From NCBI GenBank assembly GCA_028534125.1, contig CM052816.1:76386001-76450000 (forward strand): a DNA stretch of 64,000 bases. Reading direction: 5' to 3'. Each line of letters begins with the position of its first letter. Position 1 is the stretch's first letter. Made by a program: the position numbers and the translations under genes. This stretch comes from Lama glama. Its lineage: Eukaryota. Shown here one piece after another: positions 25,799 through 39,446 of the stretch. Below the pieces are notes generated by a model, which did no database searches, was not told the DNA's origin, and saw nothing but the letters and a program-made list of their open reading frames with translations.

Positions 25799-27329
25799 TA
25801 GTCTAAAGAAGAAAACATAAAACCTTATGTTTTTCACTCTTTTCATATGGTAAATAGAACAACTCATTGCTCACCTATTGTGAGATATGAAGAATGATCA
25901 ATAAAATACAAATTTACCAAATAGAAGCAAAGAGCACATTAAGACAGATACCATTTGTTATAGCTCTATAATTTAAAGTGTGTTACACTTCTGTTGTACA
26001 GATGAAATGGATTAAAATGGAACATTGATAGAAATAAAAAGAACTCATGCTTCAGAATTGGGGGGAAGCATTCACGTGAAGGACAGAAAGTTCCATTTGA
26101 TTTGTGGAATCTGATTCAAAGCAATTTACGAAAAGTTTTCATGCTTTAGCAGTCCACTGCTCAGCTATAATTTTAGAATGCAGAGTTTAAAAAAAAAACA
26201 AAGCCAACAAAATCTAATAGAGTATTCCTGGGTCTGGCTTAGAGATGTCTGCAGTAATAAAATTTTGTAAATCCAGTGGATACAGCAGCAATGCTGAAGA
26301 GAGGGGCTAATTCAGGCATTCACACAGTTCCTTTTCACCACGTTCTAGAATTACTCAGGAAGCTGTGGAGCATGTGGAAATATGCCATATTGAAGTCAGA
26401 AAGTCCTCGTACAAATTACATTTGCTTTGTGAGTCAGGAAGGCTACTTAAACTTTCTGCACAAGTATTCTGTTAAATTGGTTTATTAAAAAATGAAGATT
26501 GTGTGTGTGTACATGTGTGCATGTGTGTGTGTGGTGGGCATAGTAGTGGAACTTAGAGAACAGTAACCATTACTGATATGTCAGTTGTTACTTCTTTAAT
26601 TCATTTAATTTTATTAGTCAAAGACTATCTTGTAGAAAATTTGAAACCCCTATGAAGTCATTTTTCCACTTCAAAAATTTTAGTTTTCTTCATAAAGATT
26701 TGCTGTAATAAAGTCTCATTACCAGGCTTATAGAGCCAATAAAAATTTCAACTGACATATAGCATTAATAACTCTATGTATGCTCATGACTTAGTATGTT
26801 GTATGAAACAGAAAGACAGGAAGAGAGTCCAGCTCGGAACCTTAACTGTCATTGTTTCTCATTAGTCTAGCCAGCAATAGATCTGGTTTTGCCATAATCA
26901 CTGTGGGTATGATAATTATATTAACTTCCAAAGAGAAATATAATTACATGCATAATCTTATCATTGGTTTTGAAAAAAATTTTAGGATAAGATTGGAATT
27001 AATTTCTAGAAATTTTATGTTACTTATCATTCCTTTATCGTACAAATTAACCACACGTACGTAAAGCTGCTATGCCATTTGCACAATGAGATGTGCACTG
27101 CTTTTCAGATCTGGCTATATACTAAATCTAAAGTACTCATAAAGTTTTCTCAAGATCTTTGGTCTTTTATTTCATAAGAATTGTATATAATCTGAATATA
27201 TAATATAAGCCACAGTCACATTTTTCAACCTTCCCTTTCTCTACCTATTTCCCAGTGTTTTCTACTATGCCTTTCATTTTCATTACTCGTTAGTTCCTAA
27301 AAATAGATTAAATTTCCACTCGTTTTCCT

Positions 27330-28670
27330 CAAAAATCCTGAAATAAAGAAATATACAATGTCGATGGATCAGAAAATGCAATATTGTTAAGATATCAATT
27401 TTCCTCAAATTAATCAATAGATTTGATTAATCTCAATTATAATCCCATCAGGCTTTTTGGGGGGAAGAAATTAATAATCTGATTCCGTAATTTACATGGA
27501 AATTCAAGGGATGCAGAACGAACCAATCTTTAAAAAGAAGAGGAAAGGTATATTAATTCTTCAAGACCTATCATAACATGCAATAATCAAAACAGTATAA
27601 TCCTGGCATAAGGATAGATAAATAAATCAATGGAATAGAATAAAGAGCCCTTAAATAGGCCCACCATTATTAGATTATTTGATTGTATAGAAAGTCACTA
27701 AATCAGTTCAACAGGGAAAAGAAAATCTTCCTTAGAAATGGGGTTAGAAGAACAGGGTAACTCTATTAGAAAAAAGGCATAAAAGCTAAAACTATGACAG
27801 TGTTTCTAGGAGAAAACATCAGAGAAGGTTTGGGATTTGGAGGTAAGCAATGTTTCTTAGAAGGCCAGAACAATAAATAATCATAAAAGAAAAATTATTT
27901 TATTTTTATGATGATGAATAAGTTATTCTTCATCAAAATTTTAAAAACTTTATCAAGAGAAACAATTAAGTACATGAATAGGCAAGCCAAACCTCAGGAG
28001 AAAATATGCACAGAACATGTTCTGATGAAGGACTATACATTTCTGGAGAGGGGAGCTAAATCATTAGTCATCAGAAAAATTAAAATTAAGACCATATTAA
28101 AACTCCACTATGCATCCACTAGAATTTCTAAAGTTTAAAAAGACACACCACTAAATGTTTGTGAGTATATTAACCAACTGGAATTCTCAAGCCCTGTTGG
28201 TTGGAGTGTAAAATGATACCAACATCGCTGAAAAAGCTTGGGTGGATTCTTTAAAAACTAATTATATACCTGTAACCCTGCAATCCTTCTCCTACATAGG
28301 CACCATAGTAGAAATACCAAATAGAAGTTAAAATATATGTCCACGTAAAGACCTAAAACAAATGTTCTTAGCAGTTTTACTATATCAGATGAAAACTGGA
28401 AGCAGCCCAAGTATCCATTAAAAAAAAACAAACTATGGTATATTTCAACAATGGACTACTATCCAGCAATAAAAACGAATGAACTGCTGATACATACAAC
28501 GTGAAGGAATCTGAAAAATTTTGATGCGGAAAAGAAACATCATCTAGAAATGATGGAATCATCTATATGATTCTGTTTACATGAAACTCCATAATAGGTA
28601 AAAGTAATCTCTGGTGGGAAAAAATCATAACGGCATTCATAACAGTATGCCTTTGGGGTGTATATATAAA
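27330..28670 (+). mobile_element. Old L1 (L1MC/L1MD-class) distal ORF2 and 3' region
   Basis: 'caatattgttaagatatcaattttcctcaaattaatcaatagattt', 'ctggcataaggatagataaataaatcaatggaatagaata', 'aaactggaagcagcccaagtatccat'. Confidence 0.85.
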
Positions 28671-29094
28671 TATATCTTCCTGTTGTGGGACAGTCGCCAA
28701 TGGAACTTCTTTTTCATTCTCAGCGGTTTTTTTGGTTTGCTTGTTTTTAAATTTTTTTGAAAGAGTGTATCATGATTTGTTAACTATCTCTAATGAAACC
28801 AGTACCTGACAATTAGAAAACAGTTAAACTATTTGTTTTTTTAAAAATCCCTCAAACTCATGTCCATATTAGAGGTGACAGTTTCTTTTGTAGTTTCTAA
28901 CAAGATAAGAGCATATTGAACATTCCATATTGAAATTTGTCTTTTCAATTCAAAGAGTAGGCTCTGCCTGTTATAGTGAATGACATGAACTTAATTTTCA
29001 GTTCCTCTGGATTCTCAGAGCAGCAGTAAGACAAGTCTCAGGATCATCATGAGGTTCTCCACTTACATCCCAAAATGCTTCCGAATGTCACCAG

Positions 29095-29490
29095 AGCTGC
29101 ATCTGGGAGATGGCAATATTCTTTATCTTGACAAAGCTGTGAGTTACATAGATATTTATATTTATCTAACTCCATCACATGGTGCACTTAGGATTTGTAC
29201 AATTCACTGCATGTCAGTTTAAACCAAAAAAGAAGGAGCGATCTGTAAAGAAATACTGACTCTAAACATAATGCATCCTGAAATGTTTAGGGGTGAAGGA
29301 TACAGATATCTGTAACTTACTTGAAAATGTATCAAAAATAATACAGATTGATGGATGGACAGAAAAATGGATGGTTGGATAGATACGTGATAAAACAAAT
29401 AGAGCAAAATGTTTATTTTAGAATCTAGGTTGCGTTTAAGTCAACTTTCTTATATCTTTTAAAGTTTTAATAATAAAATATGAGATAAAA
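29095..29490 (+). mobile_element. Old L1 3' UTR (L1MC4-like)
   Basis: 'ctgaaatgtttaggggtgaagg...gatggatggacag...gatagatacgtgataaaacaaatagagcaaaatgtt...tagaatctagg'. Confidence 0.7.
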
Positions 29491-30839
29491 GCAACAAATA
29501 AATATGAGAGTTGATTTTAAAATTCAGTGATGGTTGTAGTAAATGATCTTCTAATTTGAAATTTTCTGACAGTATATTCTCTGTAGTATGAGAAGATAAT
29601 TTTTTAAATGGCAAGCTGAAAAAGGAGTGCTATAAAAATATTGACTGCCATGGAATTGAGTTTGATTCTTTTTCCAGAATTTTTAGGAAAACACTTTAGC
29701 CACACAAGCATATTGGATTTCACTATATAAAATCGGGTTTACATTTAAATTGTTCGTAAATTTTAAATTTGGAAGAGACTTCAGCAATCCTCTTCTTATC
29801 TTCTTGTTTTAAAAATGTGAATGCTAATGTCCACAAGGACTGATGGTTTACTTAAGGTCACATAGCTAGTAAATACCACCATTGTTTACCAAAAAGACTT
29901 TGGGAAATCTGATTAATTTCCCTTTGAAGGTCCTTTGTGCTATTGTGAGACTTAGTCAGACAAGCATCTGGACTATCCAGAAACACCCATCTGTGAAATG
30001 GGAATAATAACTCCCTCTCTGCTGCTTGGGACCTTTACAGGAAATGCCAGCGCACTTTGGATTGTTCATAAAAATGTGAGAAATTTAAAAGCCACTTGTT
30101 ATTTTCAATTTGTGTATAATAAATCAAGGAGATACACATCTCAGGTCAGTGGATTGCAAAAGAGGACTCAGTGATCAGCTGTGATTTAACCCATTATTTC
30201 CCGTAAAACATACATAGGTCAGAATGCAATCATACCAGTAACTATGAGAGAGAAATGCATGTTAATGTAGAACAAGTAGAATGCAGTTAGAAAGATAGAA
30301 GTTCACCACTCTTCACCCTGTATTAAGTTCTTTAAGTTGTAAGTTTTGTGTTTATATATACTCTTCAAAGATATTCAGAATAAAACAAATGTAATCAGCT
30401 GCATAAATGTGAGCTGTCCTCAAAATAAAGCAGCAAATCTGAAGAGAGATATTGTTTGATAGGAACCTAGCAATAAAATATTTAACTCAAAAAGTTTATA
30501 AAAGATTTTCATTTCATGTGGATTCAAAGTATTTCATTTTCTAAATGCTGAATTTCAGTATATATCAACATAACCTTTACTGTATTTAGCCCCTAGAGAG
30601 AAGGCTGAGAAGGAAAACATGCTTGACAATTAATCTTCTTGTAATAAAATTCCCAGAAGAGCATTATAAAAACCAAATATCCAGATTGCCATAGATATCT
30701 CAGGAACTTCTGAGAGCTCTGTGGAATACTGTTTGTTAACGTATTAAATAAGTGCTTTTAAATTTATCTTTTAGATGGCTGAATGAGTGGAGAAAATAAT
30801 AAATTTCCATAGTATTTTATAGTTTTGGGGGTATTCTGT

Positions 30840-31090
30840 TGTTTTTATTTGATTTGATCTTCATAGTATCAAACTATGGTTTATCCAAAGATAGAGCAGG
30901 TATTAGTATCCTTATTTTATGTATTAAGCAGTTAAGACTCGAAAAATAGTCTCAAAAATGATAGCTTATTATTAACAAAATTAAGTAATAAAAAATACAT
31001 CGTAATTTGCCAAGTTTTTAGTGTAAAGAAATATCAAAGACGTGAAAAACAGGTTTTCTGGCTTTCAAGCTAGTGCTTCTTCCACTGAAC
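30840..31090 (-). mobile_element. MIR SINE (diverged)
   Basis: 'gcaggtattagtatccttattttatgtattaagcagttaagactc' ... 'ctggctttcaagctagtgcttcttccact'. Confidence 0.5.
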
Positions 31091-31410
31091 TTGCTATCTA
31101 AATTTATCACTTGCATCCAGTAATTTTTTAAATTTAAAAGACTGATTATTTCTATCAAAGCATCACAAATCTATTTTTGTATTTTCTTAAAATGTTTGAT
31201 AAAATGACAGATAAATGTAGGATTCCAGAACAGGGCCCAAAAATTCAGTTTAGTGGTAGGAAGAATTAAATGGTAAGCCCAACTTGTGTTTCTTGCTCTT
31301 TTTCTATTTTTCTGTCTCTCTTCATTTCTTCTATCAATATTTATCCATTTAACTATCTGTTTACCTACTTAACTACTTATCTATCAACACTTATGTATAC
31401 AATGAATATG

Positions 31411-31624
31411 CACTTGACCCTTGAATTATATGAGTTTGAATTGTGTGGGTCCACTTATAGGTTGATTTTTTTTTTGATAAATAATATACAAGCCATTGTA
31501 GGTTGAATCTTTGAATGTGGAACCACAGATATGGAGGTCCCTCTATGGGACTTGAGCATCTGCAGATTTTAGCATCCATGGCGGGTCCTGGAACCAGTCT
31601 CCCTCAGATACCAAGGGACAGCTG
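31411..31624 (+). mobile_element. Tigger2-derived MITE
   Basis: 'cacttgacccttgaattatatgagtttgaattgtgtgggtccacttata' ... 'ggtcctggaaccagtctccctcagataccaagggacagctg'. Confidence 0.85.
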
Positions 31625-31929
31625 TGCTATTAACCATTGAGTAATCTCTATATAATTCTTTCCATGTTGGGACCTCATTATTTTTTAACTCTGTGTTAGC
31701 TATTTTATAAGAAAAGATACCTAAATCACATGGCTTCCTATGGCTTAACTGTCAATTAAGACAGTTGCTGCATGGATAAAGAGAAGTAGACAGCAAAAAT
31801 ATTAAATAGGTAGACTTTGTAGGACACCAGATCTTTTGAAATCATCCATAAATACTGTCAATAAATAATTACAAAATGTTGTGTTTCAAATTCTACTCTA
31901 AACCTGGGATCATAAAGAACAAAATGCTG

Positions 31930-32270
31930 ATTATGAGATGGTATTAGCTTAAATAAGATGTTTAGATTTTATTCTGCAGGCATTATGAAGCTTTTGAAGG
32001 TTTGCATTTGTTTTGGTATGGTTTTGGCTTGGGTTTAATCAGAGAAATAGAACAACCATTTTGGATTTTTATAAGATAAAGCATATGATTCATAGGAAAG
32101 AAAAACTGAAAACATGGTGGCCAAGTTAGAAAACCAGGGAAATAATCAAGACAAGAGAATTTAAGGGCCTGAGCTGAGGCAATTACAGTGGGTGTAGAGA
32201 AGGGACAGAATCAAGTAATACTTAGGAAGCAGAGTCCAGAGGATATGCTGAATGAATAGATGTTTACATA
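31930..32270 (-). mobile_element. L2 LINE fragment
   Basis: 'tttagattttattctgcaggcattatgaagcttttgaagg', 'agggcctgagctgaggcaattacagtggg'. Confidence 0.55.
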
Positions 32271-32278
32271 AAGAAAGT

Positions 32279-32415
32279 GGGGGAAGAGTGTAGCTCTGGG
32301 GTAGAGTGCCCACTTAGTATGCATGATGTCCTCAGCACCTCCATTTAAAAATAAATAAATGAACCTAATTATCTCCCCTTATAAAATTTTTAAAATTTAA
32401 AAAGAAAAAGAAAAA
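32279..32415 (+). mobile_element. vic-1-like tRNA-derived SINE with B box deleted
   Basis: gggggaagagtgtagctctggggtagagtgcccacttagtatgcatgatgtcct^cagcacctccattt...aataaataaatgaacctaattatctccc + A-rich tail. Confidence 0.85.
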
Positions 32416-35179
32416 GAGAGATACGAGCCTCTGAATTTCCCTTTTGGAAAAGTGGCAATTCCAGTCAAGTAGAACATTGGAAGAAATGTTTTCTTTTTGG
32501 TCCTTCTATTTTAATCAAGGAAGTATGTGCTGAAGAAAAGTGATTTGAATTAAATTTGGAAAATGTCACTTATCTGCTCTCTTCATGTAAACTGCAAACA
32601 CTTGGTCAGAATTCTACACAGAGTATGGCAGATGGTGGCTACAGAGGGGAACAGCAACTGATAGACCTTGATATTTACAGTAGAGAAAGCAGGTAGGGCT
32701 AGAGAACTGTTACCTCTAAAGAACCAGTAAATCTGAGTGGGGTTTCATCAGGGAATAGAGAAAAAGTCGGGGTTTTTTTTTTTTCCTTTTACATTCAGAA
32801 CTAATGAGTTTAAGTATCTATATATTTGAGCCTGAATTATCCTATATACTAAGGAGCTCAGATCTCCAAATATTTCAGTGCATCTTCAGAGTAAGGTCAC
32901 ATGTATGCCCAGAATAGGTCCACAAAATGCCCCTCTGTCTGCCCTCGTAGTACAACTCAGTGGTGCTCGTAAACAACTTCTGGGTTACAGCTGCTCATGC
33001 CCTCTGGGAGGTTACTGCCTCTTTGCCATTTTCCAGGCTGAGTCAGCATTGCCGTTGCTTCATTTGCTTCTCCACATTTCTGGGAGGAGAGGACACCATT
33101 ATTCTATGCCTGAGGCGTGAAGAGTTCAGCTCTGTCCTGCTCTGTGTGCTGTGTGGTCTCCCATCATAGGGGGCCACAGGCAGCACAAAGTAGGCAAGAA
33201 AACAGTTCCTTCAGATTCAGATCTTTGAAACTTCTGGATCTGTGGGAATGAGTAGAATACTGATGCTGTCATCGGCCCTTCGTTATCTGCCTCTTACATT
33301 TGTCTAACCGAGAGCCTTTAAACCCAGTGAACCTAGCTCCGTAAGACAAACAAACAATCAACCACCAGTCATATCAATTTTTGCATTTGTTTGGGACAGA
33401 AGTCTATCTTTATCCAGAAGCATCTAAACCGAGGATTCTCCTCTCCTAGAGCATCAGTATGGCAGGTTCCAAAGAAAACTCAACACCCCCAGACAGACTG
33501 GAACACTTTCTTCATTGTTGTCAACAAGGCACCAAAGGCAGCCATTATCCCTTCTGTACTGATGGCTGCAGTCCTCCTTGTCCTTTTATTTAATCTTCGC
33601 GTTCACCCAGTGTGGTCTGTGCACAATAGTTAGACAGATTGGTATTGTCTGGACCCCACCCCGGCTCACCTGTTCTTGTAACTGAAGTATAGATTCATTA
33701 CTTGGCTCATTTCAAAAACTTCTCTCAAATTCCCATAGAATGGAGAAGAGATTTGTTTGTTTTGGAATCTGTGAAATCCACATGTAAAAAATTTTTGCAA
33801 GGTTTGGGTCAAGGGAAATTCCAAGAATGCTATCTCAATTTCTACTCAGAGCAGGACTCAAACTTTAAATTGTTGTTGTTTAGGATATGTGGTTTTACCT
33901 TTTCTTTTTTAATTTTAAAATTCGCTGCCTGCTGTGTCTGTAGCAATCAAAGGTTTATGTCATGTTATCATTTGCTAGTCAGTTAAATCAACAGGATCTG
34001 TCCCTGCTCAATGACTACTGGAAATGGAAATGAAATAGTCCTGTAATTTAAATAATGAGTGAAAATACACAGCTAATAAACTTTTTGGGAGCCAATTATT
34101 TTTCCTAAGTTTAAAAAAATGATGTAGAAAATGTTTATGCCGTGGTTTTAGTTACTTACCTTTGTAAGGGTGTCTAAGGGTGTCTTCTCACAGTAGCCCT
34201 GAGGATTCAGGAAGCATGCTTACCCATCAGAAACAGAATTAAATGGATAATAAACTTATCTAAGTGTCTTCATGGACTTAAAAGCAGTTCCAAGGACCCA
34301 TGACTTTTCTGTTGCAATTCTCTGGTTAATAAATTATATAAATACTTAATATCCAAGAGCACTGTGTAGATGAAAATCAATTTAGCTGCAGTTATTTTAG
34401 TGTTAACCAACCTCTGTCCTTCCACATACCCTTCAAACAATCCCTTCTCTAGAGGGATTGAGTTGAGTTTCTGAAATTCTATAGACACTTTCCTTTAAAA
34501 ACTTTATAAATTTTTCATTAAAAAAATTTAAAGGTCCTTTTTTGTTCAGACTGCCTTGCTTCATTTTTCAAATTGAGCTTAAATATTATGAAGAGGCAAA
34601 AGTATCTTTTTGAGGTTGAGTTTATTCTATTTTACTTTCAAAAAGCAAAAGCTAAGATAAGTGGAAAACTACATTATCACTAATATCTGAATTCAAATAT
34701 AATTTAATTATTCTTGCGTGGCATGGTTATTGGGTGAAGAAAAATTTCAAACTTATTAAAATGAAGTAATCTGAATAACTTATTGTATTACATTATGTTG
34801 CTGAGGAAATACATGAAGTACTCTCAGTTGTAATTAGAAATGTTAATTTCTTTTTTATTTGAATTATAAATGATGGAAAGAAGAACTAAATCAAATGGCA
34901 AACATAGAGTGCTCTTTCTAAATTAATAAAAAGTGAAAATAATTTATTACTGTTATATTTGCTTCTCAAAGGACATTGTGGCTTTCTTGATTTGACTGTT
35001 TTAGATTTTGCCAATCTGTACCCTTCCATGTTTTATAATCACCAATTTTTCATCTCCAAAGAAATCAGAAAATGTGAAACTTGCTTTAATCTGATCATTA
35101 AAATGGTACATTGTATTTCCATTAAAGTGAAGTCTATGAGTGAGTTGCTCACGTAAAGTCTCTTCTAGAAATCATTAAC

Positions 35180-35640
35180 ATTAGGTTAACGTCTTGGCTA
35201 GCCAATATTGATGTGTGTTAGGAAGATTAATCTAATGTAACTGTGCACAATACATTAAAATAAGGCATACCCGAAGGCAGTAAAATCAGTTAGGTAGCTA
35301 GCTCAAAAATTCAAGTGAGAGGTAATTTTGTCTGAGTTGGTGAGGAATAAATGGTAAGGAATAAAACTTGAGAGATATGGAAGAGGATACTATAAAAGGA
35401 CACAGAGGCTATGTGTGGAAGAATTAAAAAAAAAACAGACATTTTTATAAGGTATAAAGCCAGGATGAACAGAGAGAGTGTTAGTGGATTAAAGATCCAG
35501 AGGAAAATACTGATTCACGATGGCAAGAACTAAGAATATTATTTCATTTTTAAGTTTAAGTTGAGTTTGACATCTTTACTGGAATATACAGGTGAAGATA
35601 TTCCACAAGCAAATGGCAGTGAAAACATAAGGACCAAGCA
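35180..35640 (-). mobile_element. L2 LINE fragment
   Basis: 'ttaggaagattaatcta', 'aagttgagtttgacatctttactggaatatacaggtgaagatatt'. Confidence 0.55.
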
Positions 35641-35684
35641 TAGGAGATAAATTAAGACAAGTGCTAAATTTAGTCATCTACATC

Positions 35685-36017
35685 ACTACTTTCAGTTTTA
35701 ATGTGGGTATGAATCATCTGGGATTTCAAACATGCAATTTTTTGTCCTAGTAGGTCTGAGGTGGGATATGGGATTCTGTATATTTGATAAGTTTCTAGGT
35801 GGTGCTCAAGTTCTTACAGTAAAGTATATCATTCGTTCTCAAATCTGATTACTCATTAGAATATATTAGAAATTAAAAGGCAAGCAAACGAATGAAAACT
35901 ATGCCTTGTTCCCACCCCCAGTAAGTCTAATTACATTTTAGGTTTAAAGTGTAGCCTGGGAAATGTGATTTATCTCCCAAGGCAATTCTAATGTGCTGCA
36001 AGGTTTGCAAACCAATG
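35685..36017. mobile_element. Two adjacent hAT-Charlie MITE remnants (MER5A-like and MER5B-like)
   Basis: 'gaatcatctggg...agtaggtctgaggtggg...ttgataagtttctaggtg' and 'gttctcaaa...ctcccaaggcaattctaatgtgctgcaaggtttgcaaaccaatg'. Confidence 0.65.
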
Positions 36018-36402
36018 TTAATGTGGTACTTAGGAAAAACAATCATTTAGATAGGGTATAAAAGGGAAAAGTAAGACCATAAAGGAAAAAGAGCCCCTGG
36101 GAAGATGTGAGGGCAGCCAGATGGGTTTTTCTATTTTGTAAGTCAAATCAGAAGAGGGAAAAAGTCAGATCAGAAGTAAGAGTAAAAGATAATTAGTACG
36201 ATCAAAAACTCTAGAGAATTTTAAAAATATGAGGATAAATGGCATTAGAGTTAGTGACTTGGAAGCCCAGGGTGGTTTTAAGAGCTTTTATTTGGGGTTC
36301 CAGGATAGTTGTTATTTTTATTATTGAAAAAATTATCTATTGCTTATGAAAATGATTATAAATTAATCTTTAATAACAATAAAGGGGAATGCAGAGTAGA
36401 AA

Positions 36403-37722
36403 AGTTTTCATATTTTTTCACCATAAGTTACTACAAGATATTGAACATAGTTCCCTTTGCTATATATACAGTATGAACTTGTTGTTTATGTATTTTACAT
36501 ATATTAGTTTGTATCTGCAAATCTCAAACTCCCAGTTTCTCCTCTTCTACCCCTTTCCCCCTCTGGTAACCATAAGTTTGTTTTCTATGTCTGTGAGTCT
36601 GCTTCTGTTTTGTAAGTAAGTTTTTTAGATTCCACATATAAGTGATTACTATATGATATTTTTCTCTTTCTGGCTTACTTCACTTAGAATAACAATCTCA
36701 AGGCCCAACCATATTGCTAAAAATGGCATTATTTTATTATTTTTTATGGCCGAGTAATATTCCATTGTATAAATATACCACAACTTCTTTATCCAGTCAT
36801 CTGTTTATGAACATTTAAGTTGTTTCTATGTATTTGCTATTATAAATAGTGCTGTTATGAACATTGGGGTACTTGTATCTTTGAATTAAAGTTCCCTCTG
36901 GATATATGCCCAGGAGTGGGGTTGCTGGATCATATGGTAAGTCTATTTTTAGTCTTTTGAGGAATCTCCATACTGTTTCCCATAATGACTGCACCAAACT
37001 GCATTCCCACCAGCATTGTAGTAGGGTTCCCTTTTCTCCACAACCTCTCTAGCATTTATCATTTGTGGACTTTTTAACAATGGCCATTCTGACTGGTGTG
37101 AGGTGATACCTCATTGTAGTTTTGATTTGCATTTCTTGGATAATTAGCGATATTGAGCATTTTTTCATGTGACTATTGGCGATTTGTATGTCTTCACTGG
37201 AGAATTGCTTGTTTAGATCTTCTGCCCATTTTTGGATTAAGTTGTTTGTTTTTTTCTTACTAAGTTGTATGAGCTGTTTATATATTCTGGAAATTAAGCC
37301 CTTGTTAGTCTCATCTTTTGCAAATATTTTCTCCTATTCTGTAGGTTATCTTTTTGTTCTGCTTATGGTTTCCTTTACTGTGCAAAAGCTTATAGGTTTA
37401 ATTAGGTCCCATTTGTTTATTTTTGCTTTTATTTCTATTGCCTGGGTAGACAGCCCTAGGAGAACATTGCTAAGATTTATGTCAGATAATGTTCTGCCTA
37501 TATTTTCTTTTGAGAGGTTCATAGGATCTTGTCTTATGTTTAAGTCTTTAAGCCATTTTGAGTTTATTTTTGGGTATAGTGTTAGGGAGTATTCTAACTT
37601 CATTGATTTCCATGCAGCTGTCCAGTTTCCCCAACACCATTTGCTGAAGAGACTATCTTTACTCCATTGTATATTCTTGACTCCTTTGTTAAAGATCAAT
37701 TGACCAAAATTATGTGCATTTA
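36403..37722 (-). mobile_element. LINE-1 fragment (relatively young): distal ORF2 and partial 3' UTR
   Basis: Minus-strand ORFs 37346-37699 (IFNKGVKNIQWSKDSLFSKWCWGNW...INKWDLIK) and 36815-36997 ([14 protein letters not shown]) are L1 ORF2 C-terminal sequence. Confidence 0.95.
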
Positions 37723-37979
37723 TAGGGTGATCTTTATTATGTTTAAATAAATGATAGAAACATCACAGCTAAGTAATGAACTATAATAATTGATAATAAC
37801 CATATCAATATAAGGTCATAATATTAACACTATTTTATAATTTAAGTATTAAGTTAGAATTTGTCAGTAGATTAATAAAATAAAACAGGGTCTCCAATAT
37901 TTTTAAACATTAAACCATAGAAAGGCATATTATTTCCTTCAGCTGTATCTATACAGTTAAGAAAAGTAACATTATAGGA

Positions 37980-38470
37980 AAATTTCAAGTAAAAGCCACT
38001 ATTTTTTGTTAGATGTATATGGCAACATTAGACCACATTTATTGAATCTTTGAGAAGAGAAATAAGGAAATCAGCATGCTCATTACCTCCTACTTCACCT
38101 CTTACCAATTTTTTTTACTGATATATATTTTTGTATTGCTGAAATTTAGTATATTATATGCTCTCCGATAACCATAATGAGCACAGTTTTCAGCTAAATT
38201 TTATATTTAAAAAAATCAGTAGTCACCAGTGGTCTGTTACCATGATTTTTTTTTCTCTTCTTTAAAAAAAAAAGTATTTATCTTGCTTACTTAATTGTCA
38301 CTGTAATTTTATTTATTTACTTATTTGTTTGATTAAAGGAAGTCTTCCTGGATGGTAGTCCCTCAATTCTTGTTTGCTTGTATGTTATTGGATATCACTA
38401 TACTTGAAGGACAGTTTGAATATAAAATGTGTGGGTTATACTTTTGTTTTCCATCTTAGAACTTTGTAAG
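37980..38470 (-). mobile_element. HAL1-like remnant
   Basis: 'tacttgaaggacagtttgaatataaaat', 'tcaccagtggtctgttaccatg', 'taaccataatgagcacagtttt'. Confidence 0.5.
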
Positions 38471-38558
38471 ATAAATAATACTATTTTATATTTGTTGAAA
38501 AACAGTTTTCTCAGAAATTTACATTTGTTATCTCCTTTAATGCCCATAACAACACTAT

Positions 38559-39081
38559 TGTAGTAGGCTGAATAATGGTCCCCAAAGATACGTAGCTCCT
38601 AATCTCTGAAACCTGTGAGCATTACCTTTTATGGCAAAAGTCTAACATGAGTTAGACTTAAATTAGGGGTCTTGAGATGAGAAGATTGCCCTGGATAATC
38701 TGGGTCAGCCTTAAATGCACTCATAAGTATCTTTATAAGAGGGAGATAAATTGAGATAAGGCTACACAGAGAAGAAGGCTGTGTGATGGAAATAAATGGA
38801 AGTAGAGTCAGAAAGAGAAGATGCTACATTGCCAACTTTGAAGATAGGTGAAGGGGCCATGAGCCAAGGGATGTAGCTCCAGGAGTGGGAAAAAGTGAGG
38901 AAGCAGAGTCTCCCCGAGAGCATGCCGAGGAACTGTAACCCTGGTGACACCTTGATTTTTGGCTTAGTGAAACCCATTTCTGACTTCTGACCTCCAGACT
39001 AAAACAGAATAAACTTGTGATATTTTAAATCACTAAATCTGTGGTAATTTGTTAAAACAGCAGCCACAGGAAATGAATACA
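38559..39081 (+). mobile_element. MaLR solo LTR (MLT1C/D-like)
   Basis: 'tgtagtaggctgaataatggtccccaaagat...ctgacttctgacctccagact...gcagccacaggaaatgaataca'; 5-bp flanks actat/cctat. Confidence 0.9.
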
Positions 39082-39099
39082 CCTATGAGTTAGAGTTAC

Positions 39100-39446
39100 A
39101 ATCTTAGTTTGTGCTGCTGTAACAGAATACTAAAGAATGAATGGCTTAAATAACAAACGTTTATTTCTTACAGTTTAGCTGAGCCTGAAAAGTCCAAAAT
39201 CAAGGTGCCAGACAATTAGGTTCTTGGTGAGAGCACTTTTCCTGGTGTGCAGATGGCTGAGGATGGAGAGAGTGCAAGCTAGCTACTCTGTCCTGTCTCT
39301 TCGTATAAGAGCATTAATCCCATCATGGGGCCCCACCCTCATGACCTACTGACCTGCTAATGCCGCAACTCCAAATATTGTCACACTGGGGATTAGGGTT
39401 TCAACATAGGAGTTTTCAGGAGGACACAAACATGAAGTTCATAACA
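39100..39446 (-). mobile_element. MaLR solo LTR (MLT1A-like)
   Basis: 'tcttagtttgtgctgctgtaacagaatac...aagtccaaaatcaaggtgccag...ggacacaaacatgaagttcataaca'; flanks gttac/attac. Confidence 0.9.

Noticed and set aside
37176..37703. Longest ORF (175 aa, + strand, hydrophobic)
   Set aside because: Antisense reading of L1 ORF2; the same artefactual peptide appears at 20403-20627 (-).
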